64,000 nucleotides of DNA from an uncultured delta proteobacterium (GCA_963776345.1 CAVZMH010000017.1:1-64000), one strand, 5' to 3'; shown: positions 49,837 through 60,043, counted from the stretch's first letter. Notes: generated from the sequence alone by a model not told the origin. Numbers and translations: made by a program.

Positions 49837-51023
49837 GCTCGGTCCTGGTCGTGCTGGTCGTCGTGGCGCTGCTCCTGCTGGTCGACGGGCACCTGCGGCT
49901 GTCCCGCGTCCTCCGCCGTCGCCCCCCGGCGCCGCCCTTTCCGGCGACCGCCCCGTCCATCACCGTCATCCGCCCGGTCAAGGGGCTGGACCCCGGCGCC
50001 GAGGACAACATCCGCGCGTTTCTCACGATGGAATACCCCGGGCGGCTCGAGCTGCTCTTCGTCGTCGACTCGGAGGAGGACCCGGCGTACCCGGCCATCA
50101 AGCGGCTCATCGCCGAGCACCCCACCACGGCGCAGCGGGTGGAGCTCCTGTTCTCGGGCTCGCCGCCGCCGCGGCGGACGGGGAAGCTCAACGCGATGCT
50201 GGTGGGCGTCGCCGCGGCCACCGGCGAGCTGCTGGCGTTCAACGACTCGGACAGCCGCCCGTCGAAGGACGTGCTGGGGCGGCTGGTCTCCGAGCTGCTC
50301 GCCCGGCCCGACTGCGGCTGCACCTTCGCCCCGGTGGTCGGCGAGGCGGATCGGCCCACCGCCGGCGACGTGGCGTACGGGCTCCTGATGAACGCCTGGT
50401 ACGGGCCCACGGTCTCCTGGGCCGCCGAGCCGAAGGGCGAGCTGGATTTCATCATGGGCCAGCTGATGGTGTGCCGGCGCGAGGCGCTCGACGCGGTGGG
50501 CGGGGTCGGCGTGGCCGAGGGCCAGTTCGTGGACGACATGGTCATCGGCCGCGCGCTCTGGAAGGCGGGCTGGAAGAACGTGGTGATCGAGGTGCCGCTG
50601 CGGATCGTCATCGGCGGCATGGGGCTCCTCCAGTTCTTGACGACCTTCCGCCGGTGGATGCTCTTCGGCGAGGGCGGTCTGTCCTTCCGCTTCACCTGGC
50701 CCAACTGGATGCGCGGCATCGCCTGCTGGATCGCCTGGGCGGCGCTGGGCGTGGCCCTCGCCACCGGGAACCTGGCCTCCGCAGGCCTCGCGCTCCTGCC
50801 CATCGCCTTCTCGGTGTGGACCCAGGCCTCGCTCCAGCGCGCGCACCACGGCCCGCGCATCGCGCTGCACCAGCTCTGGGTGCCGGCGGTGCTCCCGCTG
50901 GTGGCCGGCCTGGTGGCGCTCGCCGCCCGGCTGAACCGCCGGGTCGACTGGCGGGGCCGCAGCTACGAGCTGGACGGCGAGGCGCGACTCGACGCCAGCG
51001 GCTCGGCGTCGGCGGGGACGTGA
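49833..51023 (+). CDS. GT2/GT21 glycosyltransferase (ceramide glucosyltransferase / HpnI-like)
   Basis: N-terminal TM, IRPVKG, GKLNAM, NDSD, VDD, FRRW, C-terminal WRGRSY; ATGA overlap with MMPL. Confidence 0.82.
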   Translation: MSSVLVVLVVVALLLLVDGHLRLSRVLRRRPPAPPFPATAPSITVIRPVKGLDPGAEDNIRAFLTMEYPGRLELLFVVDSEEDPAYPAIKRLIAEHPTTAQRVELLFSGSPPPRRTGKLNAMLVGVAAATGELLAFNDSDSRPSKDVLGRLVSELLARPDCGCTFAPVVGEADRPTAGDVAYGLLMNAWYGPTVSWAAEPKGELDFIMGQLMVCRREALDAVGGVGVAEGQFVDDMVIGRALWKAGWKNVVIEVPLRIVIGGMGLLQFLTTFRRWMLFGEGGLSFRFTWPNWMRGIACWIAWAALGVALATGNLASAGLALLPIAFSVWTQASLQRAHHGPRIALHQLWVPAVLPLVAGLVALAARLNRRVDWRGRSYELDGEARLDASGSASAGT

Positions 51024-52354
51024 GGCGGATGGGCCAGGACCCGGTCCTCGACCGCCCCGGCCATCGCGGTGCGGAGGTGGGGCAGGGCCGAGGCGACCAG
51101 CATGGCTCCGGCGCTCACCGCCCGGCGCGGCCCGCGGACGGCCCTGACCGACCCCGCGCCCAGCGCGACCAGGCCGTGGGCCACCACGCGGGCGTACTCG
51201 CGCGCCATGACCGACATGCGAGCCTCGCGGGTGGAGAGCAGCGACATGGAGACGCGCGCCCCGGTCGGCGAGCGCTCCCAGTACCGGAACAGCCCGCGCC
51301 GCAGCGCCGCCATCTCGGCGGTGTCGCTGGAGAAGGCCTCGTAGAGCGCCGAGGCCAGCGCGATGCGGGTGCGGTTCGCCGGCCGGCGCGCGCTGGCGTA
51401 GGCGGCGAGCGCGCGCGGGAGGTCGTTCTTCGCGTCGGTCATCGCCCGGTGGAGCACGCGGGCGTCGCGCACCGCGGAGGCCATGCCACTGGCGCTCAGC
51501 GGGTGGCAGCAGCCCGCGGCGTCGCCCACCAGCACCACGTGACCCTTGTAGACGTGGTCCATGATGCGGGTGTCGTTGGAGGCGACCAGCGGCGGCTCGC
51601 GCTGGAGCGCATCGAGGATGGCCTGGCGCAGCGGCTGGGGCACGCCGGAGAGGATGTCCGGCTCGGTCCGGACGCGGTCGGGCGTGGAGCCGAGCGGCAG
51701 ATCCACCATCACCCGGGCGTGGGTGCCCGAGATGGGGTAGGCCAGCACCGGAGCGGGACCGCCGATGAAGAGGTGCCCGCGGTCCGGGTGCGGCAGCGTG
51801 TCCGCGGCCACCAGCACGCCGACCATGGTGGAGAGGCGATCGTGCCGCTCGGTGATGCCCAGCGCCCGGCGGAGCGGCGAGGCGCGGCCGTCCGCGGCCA
51901 CCAGCATGCGGGCACGCACGCGCTCGGAGTGTCCCTCGTGGGACAGCGTGGCCTCCACGCCGTCCGGCCCGTCCGAGAGCAGGTTGACCCGGGTCCTGCG
52001 ACGCACCTCGACGTCGCCGCGCTTCTCGAGGATGTCCAGCAGCGGGGTGATGAGCGCGTGGTGCTCGATGCCGAGGCCGCGGTTGCCCGGACCGTAGGGC
52101 AGGAGCGCGGTCGTCTCCTTGTCCACCACCGCGAAACCGACGATGGGCACGCCACCCGAGCGGAGCACCTCGGAGAACCCGAAGGCGGTCAGCTCCTCCA
52201 CGCCCACCGGATGGAGCAGCTCTCCGGCCAGCAGCTTCCGGCGGTCCTGCCCCGCGTCGGCGAGCAGGGTCCGCAGGCCAAGCTGGCCCATGGCTGCAGC
52301 GGTGGTGCACCCCGCGGGGCCACCACCGGCGACGAGCACGTCCACTTCGATCAA
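50963..52354 (-). CDS. Squalene epoxidase (squalene monooxygenase)-like FAD oxidoreductase
   Basis: GGGPAG, GELLHP, ADGRAS, GDAAGCCHPLSASGM; TTG start with GAGG RBS; divergent from SQS-OSC. Confidence 0.8.
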   Translation of the reverse strand: MIEVDVLVAGGGPAGCTTAAAMGQLGLRTLLADAGQDRRKLLAGELLHPVGVEELTAFGFSEVLRSGGVPIVGFAVVDKETTALLPYGPGNRGLGIEHHALITPLLDILEKRGDVEVRRRTRVNLLSDGPDGVEATLSHEGHSERVRARMLVAADGRASPLRRALGITERHDRLSTMVGVLVAADTLPHPDRGHLFIGGPAPVLAYPISGTHARVMVDLPLGSTPDRVRTEPDILSGVPQPLRQAILDALQREPPLVASNDTRIMDHVYKGHVVLVGDAAGCCHPLSASGMASAVRDARVLHRAMTDAKNDLPRALAAYASARRPANRTRIALASALYEAFSSDTAEMAALRRGLFRYWERSPTGARVSMSLLSTREARMSVMAREYARVVAHGLVALGAGSVRAVRGPRRAVSAGAMLVASALPHLRTAMAGAVEDRVLAHPPHVPADAEPLASSRASPSSS

Positions 52355-52446
52355 GGCAGCAACCTCACCCCGGCCCTTGTTTCCGGGCTTCTTATAGAGT
52401 TTGACGCCCCTCGGCGCACCCTCCGGGGTGTTTCACTGGGTGTCTC

Positions 52447-53487
52447 GTGACCGGAGCCGAAGATTTCTGCCGCCGCGCTCTTCCGGAGGTGTCCCGCACC
52501 TTCGCGCTGAACATCCCGGTCCTTCCTCCGCCGCTGGACCTGGTGGTCACCGTCGCCTACCTCCTGTGCCGCATCGCCGACACGCTGGAGGACGAGGCCC
52601 GGGGGCAGGTGTCGGAGCGCGCCGAGCTGTTTCACGCGCTCGGACAGCTGGTGACCCTCGCGCCGGGCTGGGAGAAGCGGGCCGAGGAGTTCGCGCGCCG
52701 CTCGGTCGCCGCGCTCCGCCCCTCCGCGCCCTCGGCCGAGGTGCAGCTGGTCCAGGGGACACCGACGGTCCTGGAGGCGATGAGCGGCCTGCCGGACTGG
52801 ACTCACCGCCACATCGCCGCCTGCGTGGGAGAGATGACCGGCGGGATGGCACAGGTGATGGCCGATCTCGACGGCGGCGCGCCGCAGGGCCTGCCGGATC
52901 TGCGCGACACCCTCCAGTACTGCTACTACGTCGCCGGAACGGTGGGGGTGATGCTCACCGGACTCTTCGTCGACGGGGTCGACTCGGTGCGGCCGCGGAA
53001 GGCCGAGCTCGGACCGCGGGCCCCGGCGTTCGGGCGGGCGCTGCAGCTCACCAACATCCTCAAGGACATCCGCGAGGACCTGGACCGCGGCTTCTGCTGG
53101 CTGCCGCGGACCTACCTGGCGCGGCACGGCCTCTCGCCGGCCACGCTGATCCTCCCCGAGCGCCGGACGGCCGCGGTCGCGTTGCTCGACGACCTGGTGG
53201 CGGTGGCCCGCCACGAGTGCGACGTGGCCTTCGAGTACTCGCTCTTGCTTCCGCCTACCGAGCCCGGGCTCCGGCTGTTCTGCCTCTGGCCGCTCCTGTT
53301 CGCGCTGCGCACGCTCGGGGCGCTGGCCCACAACCCGGCGGTGTTCGAGCCGGCGCCGGTGAAGATCGGCCGGGAGACGGTGATGCGGATCATGGTCCTC
53401 ACCCGGGAGAGCGTGGCCGACGACGGCGGCCTGCAGGCGCTCTACGCCGAGTGCGCCCGCGGTCTCCCCGAGGCTCGGGCGGGATGA
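52447..53487 (+). CDS. Squalene synthase (squalene/phytoene synthase family)
   Basis: VSRTFAL, YLLCRIADTLED, YCYYVAGTVG, LQLTNILKDIRED. Confidence 0.9.
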   Translation: MTGAEDFCRRALPEVSRTFALNIPVLPPPLDLVVTVAYLLCRIADTLEDEARGQVSERAELFHALGQLVTLAPGWEKRAEEFARRSVAALRPSAPSAEVQLVQGTPTVLEAMSGLPDWTHRHIAACVGEMTGGMAQVMADLDGGAPQGLPDLRDTLQYCYYVAGTVGVMLTGLFVDGVDSVRPRKAELGPRAPAFGRALQLTNILKDIREDLDRGFCWLPRTYLARHGLSPATLILPERRTAAVALLDDLVAVARHECDVAFEYSLLLPPTEPGLRLFCLWPLLFALRTLGALAHNPAVFEPAPVKIGRETVMRIMVLTRESVADDGGLQALYAECARGLPEARAG

Positions 53488-55430
53488 CTGCCCCGAGGAC
53501 GCGGGCCGGCGCCTCCGCCACCGAGCGGGGGCTGGAGGTGCTCGCCGCCACCCAGGACGTGGGCGGCTCGTGGAAGGGCGACTACGGCGGGCCGCTGTTC
53601 CTGGTGCCGGTGTACGTGGCCGGGCTCGAGCTCCTCGGGCGGCCGCCCGACGCCGGAACGCGCGACGGCTTCATCGGCTACCTCCGCGGGCACCAGAACC
53701 CGGACGGCGGCTGGGGGCTGGACGTCGAGTCGCACAGCCACGTCTTCACCTCGGTGCTGGTCTACGTGACCTTGCGGCTCCTGGGAGTGCCGGCCGAGGA
53801 CCCCCCGCTGCAGCGGGCGCGGGCCTGGTTCCTGCCACTCGGCGGGCCGCTGTCCAGCGGCTCGTGGGGAAAGTTCATCCTGGCGCTGCTCGGGCTGTAC
53901 GACTACGCGGGCCTGGTCCCGGTGCCGCCAGAGCTGTGGCTCTTGCCCGAGTCGCTGCCGCTGCACCCCTCGAAGCTCTGGTGCCACTGCCGGATGGTGT
54001 ACCTGCCGATGAGCTGGCTCTACGGCCGGCGGGTGCGCGCCACGGAGACGCCGCTGCTGGCAGCCATCCGCCGGGAGATCTACGCCGAGCCCTACCAGAC
54101 CGTCGATTGGCCCGCGGCGCGCGAGCGGGTGGCCGAGACGGATGCGTACACCCCGAGGACCTCGTACCTGCGCGCGGCGAACGGCGTGCTCGGGCTGTGG
54201 GAGCGGTTCGCCCCGGCGGGAGCGCGCGAGCGGGCGCTGGACCTCGTCCTGGATCAGATCCGCCGCGAGGACCAGGCGACCAGCTACATCTGCATCGGGC
54301 CCATCAACAAGGTGCTGAACACCGTGGTGTGGCACATCGCCCGGCCCGGCGGGCCCGAGGTCGAGGCCCATGTGAAGCGGCTGCCCGACTACCTGTGGCG
54401 CGCGGCCGACGGGCTGAAGATGCAGGGCTACAACTCCTCGGAGCTCTGGGACACCGCGTTCGCGGTGCAGGGCGTCCTGGCGACCGGGGAGAGCGAGCGG
54501 ATGCGCCCGTCGCTGGAGCGCGCGGCGCACTACCTCGAGTCCAACCAGGTGCTGGAGGACGTGCCGGAGATGGAGAAGGGCTACCGGCACCGGAGCCGCG
54601 GCGGCTGGCCGTTCTCCACCCGGGCGCACGGCTGGCCGATCAGCGACTGCACCGCGGAGGGGCTCAAGGCCTCGCTCCTGCTGGAGAAGGTGGGGATGAA
54701 CCAGGTCCCCCGCGTGCGGCTGCGCGAGGCGGTGGAGGAGATCCTCTCGCTGCAGAACGAGGACGGCGGCTGGGCGACCTACGAGCTGCAGCGCGGGCCG
54801 AAGTGGCTCGAGGCGCTGAACCCCTCGGACGTCTTCTCGACCATCATGGTGGACGTCTCCTACGTCGAGTGCACCTCGGCCTGCGTGCAGGCGCTCGCCG
54901 CGTGGAGAGCCTTCGCCCCCGAGGACGCGCGGTGGCTGCGCGGGCCGATCCGCCGGGGCGAGCGGTTCATCCGGAAGGTGCAGCGCGCCGACGGCTCCTG
55001 GGAGGGCAGCTGGGGCGTGTGCTTCAGCTACGGCGCCTGGTTCGGGACCACGGGGCTGGTCGCCGCGGGAGCGCGGCCGGACGACCCGGCGCTCCGGCGC
55101 GCGGCGGACTACCTCGAGGCCCGGCAGCGCCCGGACGGGAGCTGGAGCGAGACGCTGGAGTCCAACCGCGCGCGGCGCTGGGTGGACGGGGCGCGCGGCC
55201 ACGCGGTGCAGACCTCGTGGGCGCTCCTGTCGCTGGCGGCCTGCGGGCGGCGCGACTCGGAGGCGGTGCGGCGCGGCGTGGCCTGGCTCCGGGAGCACCA
55301 GGGCGAGGACGGCCGCTGGCCCGAGCAGCCCATCACCGGCGTCTTCAACCGGACCAGCGCGATCCACTACGACATCTACCTGCGGCTCTTTCCCGTCTGG
55401 GCGCTCGCGGTCTGCGGCGCCGAGCGCTGA
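53484..55430 (+). CDS. 2,3-oxidosqualene cyclase, cycloartenol-synthase type
   Basis: DCTAE motif (not the DXDD of SHC), WCHCRMVYLPM, MQGYN, HGWPISDCTAE, QW repeats. Confidence 0.92.
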   Translation: MTAPRTRAGASATERGLEVLAATQDVGGSWKGDYGGPLFLVPVYVAGLELLGRPPDAGTRDGFIGYLRGHQNPDGGWGLDVESHSHVFTSVLVYVTLRLLGVPAEDPPLQRARAWFLPLGGPLSSGSWGKFILALLGLYDYAGLVPVPPELWLLPESLPLHPSKLWCHCRMVYLPMSWLYGRRVRATETPLLAAIRREIYAEPYQTVDWPAARERVAETDAYTPRTSYLRAANGVLGLWERFAPAGARERALDLVLDQIRREDQATSYICIGPINKVLNTVVWHIARPGGPEVEAHVKRLPDYLWRAADGLKMQGYNSSELWDTAFAVQGVLATGESERMRPSLERAAHYLESNQVLEDVPEMEKGYRHRSRGGWPFSTRAHGWPISDCTAEGLKASLLLEKVGMNQVPRVRLREAVEEILSLQNEDGGWATYELQRGPKWLEALNPSDVFSTIMVDVSYVECTSACVQALAAWRAFAPEDARWLRGPIRRGERFIRKVQRADGSWEGSWGVCFSYGAWFGTTGLVAAGARPDDPALRRAADYLEARQRPDGSWSETLESNRARRWVDGARGHAVQTSWALLSLAACGRRDSEAVRRGVAWLREHQGEDGRWPEQPITGVFNRTSAIHYDIYLRLFPVWALAVCGAER

Positions 55431-55697
55431 GGGACGCCGCGGCGGCGCGGGTGCGGAGCCGAGGGGCCCGAGTGGAGGCGCGAGTGGAGGTGCCAAACAC
55501 TCGTGACCGCCAGCGCTGCTCGGCCGGCCCTGCGGCCGTCTCCCACTGCGCGCGGGACTGAGCCCGCGGCTCGCGCACCGGCGCCCGCGCGGTCGGGCCG
55601 ATTCGCTGCATCGTGCCGACCGCTCACCGCAGCCCGTGCAAGAGTGCCCCCCTCTCCGCGACCCCTCGGGATGGTCGCCACTCCACGGAACGCTCGG

Positions 55698-57839
55698 ATG
55701 CGCCTCCCTCTCGCCCTCGCCTCGGTCACCCTCCTCGCCTGCGCCGGAGCCCCGAAGCCCGCTCCGCCCCCGCCTCGCGAGCCAGCGCCCCTCGCCCCCC
55801 CACCGGTGGTGAAGGCTCCCCCGCCGGTCGACGAGCCGCTGGGCGCCGCGGCGGCGCGGATCTCCGGGCCGGTCCCGGCGTTCACCGCCGCCTGCCAGGA
55901 CGCGATGGCCCGCGCGCGCGTCGGCCTCGAGGCGGTGAAGACCAGCAGGCCGCCCCGGGACACCGTGGCGACGCTCACCGCGTACGACGATGCGCTCGCC
56001 GCCATCAACGACGCCGGCGCGCAGTCCGAGCTCGCGCGGCAGGGCAGCCCGGACCCGGCGATGCGCAAGGCCGCCGAGCAGTGCGACCGGGAGATCCAGG
56101 CGATGTCCACCGCCATCAACCAGGATCGCGCCCTCTACGACGTGCTCTCCGGGCTCGACCTCTCGGGGCAGGACGGGGCGACCCGGTGGTGGATGACGCG
56201 CGACCTGCGCGAATTCCGCCGCGCCGGCGTGGACCGGGACGACACCACCCGCCAGGAGATTCGCGCCCTGAGCGACGAGATCGTCGCCATCGGCCAGGAG
56301 TTCGACCGGAACATCCGCGACGGCACGAAGACCGTGGCCTTCGCCCCCGCCGACCTCGCCGGCTTGCCGGAGGACTTCCGCAAGGCGCATCCGCCCGGGG
56401 CCGACGGCAAGGTGACCCTCAACACCGACTACCCGGACTACCACCCGTTCATGGCCTACGCCCGCAGCGGCAAGGCACGGGAGACGCTGTGGCGGGCCTA
56501 CAACACCCGGGCGCCGGCCAACGCCGAGGTCCTCACCCGCCTGCTCGCCAAGCGGTACGCGCTGGCCAGGTTGCTCGGCTACGCCAGCTGGGCCGACTAC
56601 ACCACCGAGAACAAGATGATCGGCACCGGGAAGGCCGCCTCCGACTTCGTGGAGCGGATCTCCTCGGCCGCGGCCACGCGGTCCAGGGTCGAGCTAGCCC
56701 AGGTCCTCGCCCGCAAGCGCAAGGACGTGCCTGAGGCGGCCCACCTCGAGGGCTGGGACTACGGTTACTACTCCGACCGGGTGAAGATGGAGCAGTACCG
56801 CTTCGACGCCAAGGCGGCCCGTCCGTACTTCGAGGCCGACCACATGGTTCAGGGCGTGATGGACGTCTCGGGGAAGCTGCTCGACGTCACGTACCGTCCG
56901 GTGCAGGGCGCGACCGTCTGGCACCCGGAGGTCCAGGTCTACGACGTCATCGGAGGGCCCTCGTTCGGCGAGCGCTCGGGCCGGTTGCTCGGACGCATCT
57001 ACCTCGACCTCCACCCTCGCGAGGGGAAGTACAAGCACGCCGCCCAGTACACCGTCATCTCCGGCCAGGCGGAGCACCGGCTTCCCGAGGGGGCGCTGCT
57101 CTGCAACTTCCCCCGCTCGGGCGGACTGATGGAGTACGGCGACGTCCAGACGCTGTTCCACGAGTTCGGCCACCTGGTGCACCACGTGCTGGGCGGGCAC
57201 ACCGGGTGGGCCGCGAACTCCGGGGTGCGAACCGAGCAGGACTTCGTCGAGGCCCCCTCGCAGATGCTCGAGGAGTGGACGCGCGACGGGGGCGTGCTCC
57301 AGGGATTCGCCCGCCACGTGAAGACCGGCCAGCCCATCCCGGCGAAGATGGTCAAGCAGCTCAGGGCCGCGGAGGAGTTCGGCAAGGGCGTCGACGTGCG
57401 GCAGCAGATGTTCTACGCCGCGACCAGCCTGCACCTCTACGACCGCGACCCACGCGGGCTGGAGCCGACGGCCTTCGTCGCCGATCTGCAGTCCCGCTAC
57501 GGGCCGTTCCCCTACGTCCCGGGCACCACGTTCTACACGGCCTTCGGTCACCTGAACGGATACAGCGCCGTGTACTACACGTACATGTGGTCGCTGGTCA
57601 TCGCCAAGGACCTCTTCACCGCGTTCGAGGCGAAGGGTGTGTTCGATCCGGAGACCGGCGCGCGCTACCGGCGCACCGTCCTCGAGCCGGGCGGCGGCAA
57701 GCCGGCGGCGGAGCTGGTCGCCGACTTTCTCGGGCGCCCCTACGACTTCAGGGCCTACGAGGCGTGGCTCGGGCGCGGAGCGCGTCCGGCACCGAAGACG
57801 CCCGCTGCCGGAGGACGGGGACCCGCGGCGCTTCACTGA
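55698..57839 (+). CDS. M3 family oligopeptidase, lipoprotein
   Basis: HEFGH, DFVEAPSQMLE, YSAVYYTYMWS; LLAC lipobox. Confidence 0.92.
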   Translation: MRLPLALASVTLLACAGAPKPAPPPPREPAPLAPPPVVKAPPPVDEPLGAAAARISGPVPAFTAACQDAMARARVGLEAVKTSRPPRDTVATLTAYDDALAAINDAGAQSELARQGSPDPAMRKAAEQCDREIQAMSTAINQDRALYDVLSGLDLSGQDGATRWWMTRDLREFRRAGVDRDDTTRQEIRALSDEIVAIGQEFDRNIRDGTKTVAFAPADLAGLPEDFRKAHPPGADGKVTLNTDYPDYHPFMAYARSGKARETLWRAYNTRAPANAEVLTRLLAKRYALARLLGYASWADYTTENKMIGTGKAASDFVERISSAAATRSRVELAQVLARKRKDVPEAAHLEGWDYGYYSDRVKMEQYRFDAKAARPYFEADHMVQGVMDVSGKLLDVTYRPVQGATVWHPEVQVYDVIGGPSFGERSGRLLGRIYLDLHPREGKYKHAAQYTVISGQAEHRLPEGALLCNFPRSGGLMEYGDVQTLFHEFGHLVHHVLGGHTGWAANSGVRTEQDFVEAPSQMLEEWTRDGGVLQGFARHVKTGQPIPAKMVKQLRAAEEFGKGVDVRQQMFYAATSLHLYDRDPRGLEPTAFVADLQSRYGPFPYVPGTTFYTAFGHLNGYSAVYYTYMWSLVIAKDLFTAFEAKGVFDPETGARYRRTVLEPGGGKPAAELVADFLGRPYDFRAYEAWLGRGARPAPKTPAAGGRGPAALH

Positions 57840-57859
57840 GCCCGGGCGGGCCTCGCGCC

Positions 57860-59173
57860 TCAGAGCGAGCGGAGGAAGGTGAGCAGCTGCTCCTGCGACG
57901 CCGGGGGGAGCGCGTCGAAGCCCTTTCGCGCCGACATCGCCTCGCCCTGGTGCCGGACGATGGCCTCGCGCAGGGTGCCGGAGAGGCCGTCGTGCATCAG
58001 CCGGCTCCGGGTGCGCAGGCCCCACAGCGGGGCGGTCCGGATCCGGTTGGCGCTCCCGGCGAAGGTCTGCTGCATCCCGGCGAACGCCGGGCCGTGATGC
58101 TCCGGGACGGCGAGCACGATGCCGTCGCCCGTGCCCACGTCGTGCATCAGGTAGTCGCTGTAGGGGTGAATGGTCTTGCTCCCCAGCGCCGGCCCGACGC
58201 GGTACGGGCCGCCGAACAAGGGCGTCCCGGTGGGGAGGGTGGTCAGGGTCGGCGCGTGGCAGACCGCGCAGCCGATGGTCTCGAACAGCAGCGAGCCGTT
58301 GCGCGCCTCCGGGGTGGAGGCCAGGCGCGCGTCCCGTGGGGGCGCCTTGGTCGCGCGGATGAAGCGGGCGAACCGGTCCAGGTCGGTGGCTCCGCTGCCG
58401 TCCGGATGGTCCTCCGGGTCGGGCACGGTGTCGCAGAGCGAGGTGACCTCCACCGGCCTCAGCACGCTGGTGACCCCCATCTCGTTGAGGTACGCGTCCG
58501 CGGAGAAGGAGAGGAGGCTCGCGTGCTCCGCCTTCCAGCCGAATCGTCCGATGTGGACCGCCCCGGGGGATTCCAGGACCGGAACGAGCATCGGGGTTCC
58601 GCACACGCCGAGATCGGGCTGTGAGCACTGCCACCGGGCGATGGCGCGCAGCAGCTCGTCGGGCACCGCCTCCACGTACCCGTCGCCGAGCAGGCTGAGG
58701 GAGATCCGCAGGGCGCGAACGTTCTCCGAGTCCGGGAGGTGCTCCTGGGCGTCGCGGTCCGGGAACTCCGGGCCCGGGCAGATCGCCTTGTCGTTGATCA
58801 GGGTCCGGCCGGAGACGACGACCGCGCCGCCTCCGATGCGAACCTCGGGGAAGCCGAACTCGCCCTGCGCGTTGCGGTGGCCGGCGCGAAGCTCGGTCAC
58901 CTGGCTTCCGCCGCCGGCGACCGGGTTCTCGTGGCAGTCGCGGCAGGAGTGGGCGTTGTAGAGCGGGCCGAGCCCGGACGAGACCTCCTCCTGGTGGTCG
59001 AACGCGGCCTGGTCCGTGCGGTGCGTGGAGAGGTCGACCAGCCCGTTGGGGAGCCCGTCGAACCCGGCGTGGGCCTCGGCGGCCTGCTGGGGCGGGGGCG
59101 CCGGCACCGGGGCGCGCGGAGTCGACGTGGTGCAGGCGGTGCAGGCGAGGAGACAGGTGAGCACGCGCCGCAT
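57860..59173 (-). CDS. Di-heme oxidoreductase (DUF1111-like)
   Basis: GLGPLYNAHSCRDCH, GRFGWKA, GCAVCH, RTAPLWGLR, MHDG. Confidence 0.85.
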   Translation of the reverse strand: MRRVLTCLLACTACTTSTPRAPVPAPPPQQAAEAHAGFDGLPNGLVDLSTHRTDQAAFDHQEEVSSGLGPLYNAHSCRDCHENPVAGGGSQVTELRAGHRNAQGEFGFPEVRIGGGAVVVSGRTLINDKAICPGPEFPDRDAQEHLPDSENVRALRISLSLLGDGYVEAVPDELLRAIARWQCSQPDLGVCGTPMLVPVLESPGAVHIGRFGWKAEHASLLSFSADAYLNEMGVTSVLRPVEVTSLCDTVPDPEDHPDGSGATDLDRFARFIRATKAPPRDARLASTPEARNGSLLFETIGCAVCHAPTLTTLPTGTPLFGGPYRVGPALGSKTIHPYSDYLMHDVGTGDGIVLAVPEHHGPAFAGMQQTFAGSANRIRTAPLWGLRTRSRLMHDGLSGTLREAIVRHQGEAMSARKGFDALPPASQEQLLTFLRSL

Positions 59174-59267
59174 GGCGCACCTCCGGTCGCGTCCCTGCTC
59201 CCCTCGAGACGCTGGCCGACACTTCTACCGCCCGGTCTGCCGGGGCGGCAACCGGCCACGGGCCGCC

Positions 59268-59618
59268 TCAGCCGGGGATGACGTTGGGTGCGCGCGTCAC
59301 CACCACCGTCCTCGGCGCGGTCTGGAAATGCGCCGAGGGGTCCACCGTCCCCGGGTAGCTCAGGCCGGCGTGGGTGAGCGTGAGCGTGCTCGACCCGGGC
59401 GGATGCTCGACCACGGTCAGGTTGTCCTGGACGGTCACCCCGGAGCACGTCCCGCCCGGAAGCAGCGTGACCAGCGTCTGGTACGTCCCTCCGAGCGAGA
59501 GCAGGTTGCCTCCGCCTCCTGCGTCAGGCCCTCCGGGCGACGCGCCCGAGTCGCCACAGCCGGACGCCGCCAGCGAGAGGAGCACCGGGGTCATCCAACG
59601 TCGGGAGCGGATGAGCAT
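59268..59618 (-). CDS. Hypothetical lipoprotein, possibly 3'-truncated
   Basis: LAASGC lipobox; possible GG-N10-GC site just upstream. Confidence 0.45.
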   Translation of the reverse strand: MLIRSRRWMTPVLLSLAASGCGDSGASPGGPDAGGGGNLLSLGGTYQTLVTLLPGGTCSGVTVQDNLTVVEHPPGSSTLTLTHAGLSYPGTVDPSAHFQTAPRTVVVTRAPNVIPG

Positions 59619-59729
59619 GCGTCCTGGTAGAGCACAGGACATGCCGTTGCATCTGCCGCCGGCCGCCGACTCGCTGCACGTCGGCTCGGTTTCGCTGCAG
59701 CCCCGACCTTCCGACCGGCGGCGCGGCGA

Positions 59730-59975
59730 TCAGGACCGCTTCTTCAGCTCAGCCTGGTGCTCCCGGACAAAGGCACGGATGTCCTCGGCCATGTCCAGCA
59801 GCTTGAGCCACTGCTCCTGGTAGAGCGTGACCGGGAAGCGGCCGAGACCGTAGACGGAGAGGCCGCCCTTCTCGCTGACCTTCATCGAGACCGCGCCGGT
59901 CCGACGGGTCCGCAACGCCTCGTTCTCGGCCTTCAGCCGCTCCAGCTCCGCTCGGAGTTCGTCGTCGGTCGCCAT
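59730..59975 (-). CDS. Small hypothetical protein
   Basis: Coiled-coil N-terminus, KVSEKGGLSVYGLGRFPVTLY; GC3 bias. Confidence 0.75.
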   Translation of the reverse strand: MATDDELRAELERLKAENEALRTRRTGAVSMKVSEKGGLSVYGLGRFPVTLYQEQWLKLLDMAEDIRAFVREHQAELKKRS

Positions 59976-60043
59976 GGAGGAAAGCATATAGCTCGGAACG
60001 GCGGAGGGGCGGCCGGCGCCGCACCGCCCCTCGACCCGCTGGA

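Noticed and set aside
48660..51023. 787-aa ORF suggesting an MMPL-GT fusion
   Set aside because: The N-terminal part is off-frame over the MMPL gene; the GT begins at 49833.
52401..55430. Apparent 1009-aa SQS-OSC fusion
   Set aside because: SQS is in another frame and stops at 53487; the OSC starts at ATG 53484. The upstream extension is an Arg/Gly-rich shadow frame.
53484..55430. Squalene-hopene cyclase / hopanoid cluster
   Set aside because: The catalytic motif is DCTAE rather than DXDD, and an epoxidase-like gene is adjacent.
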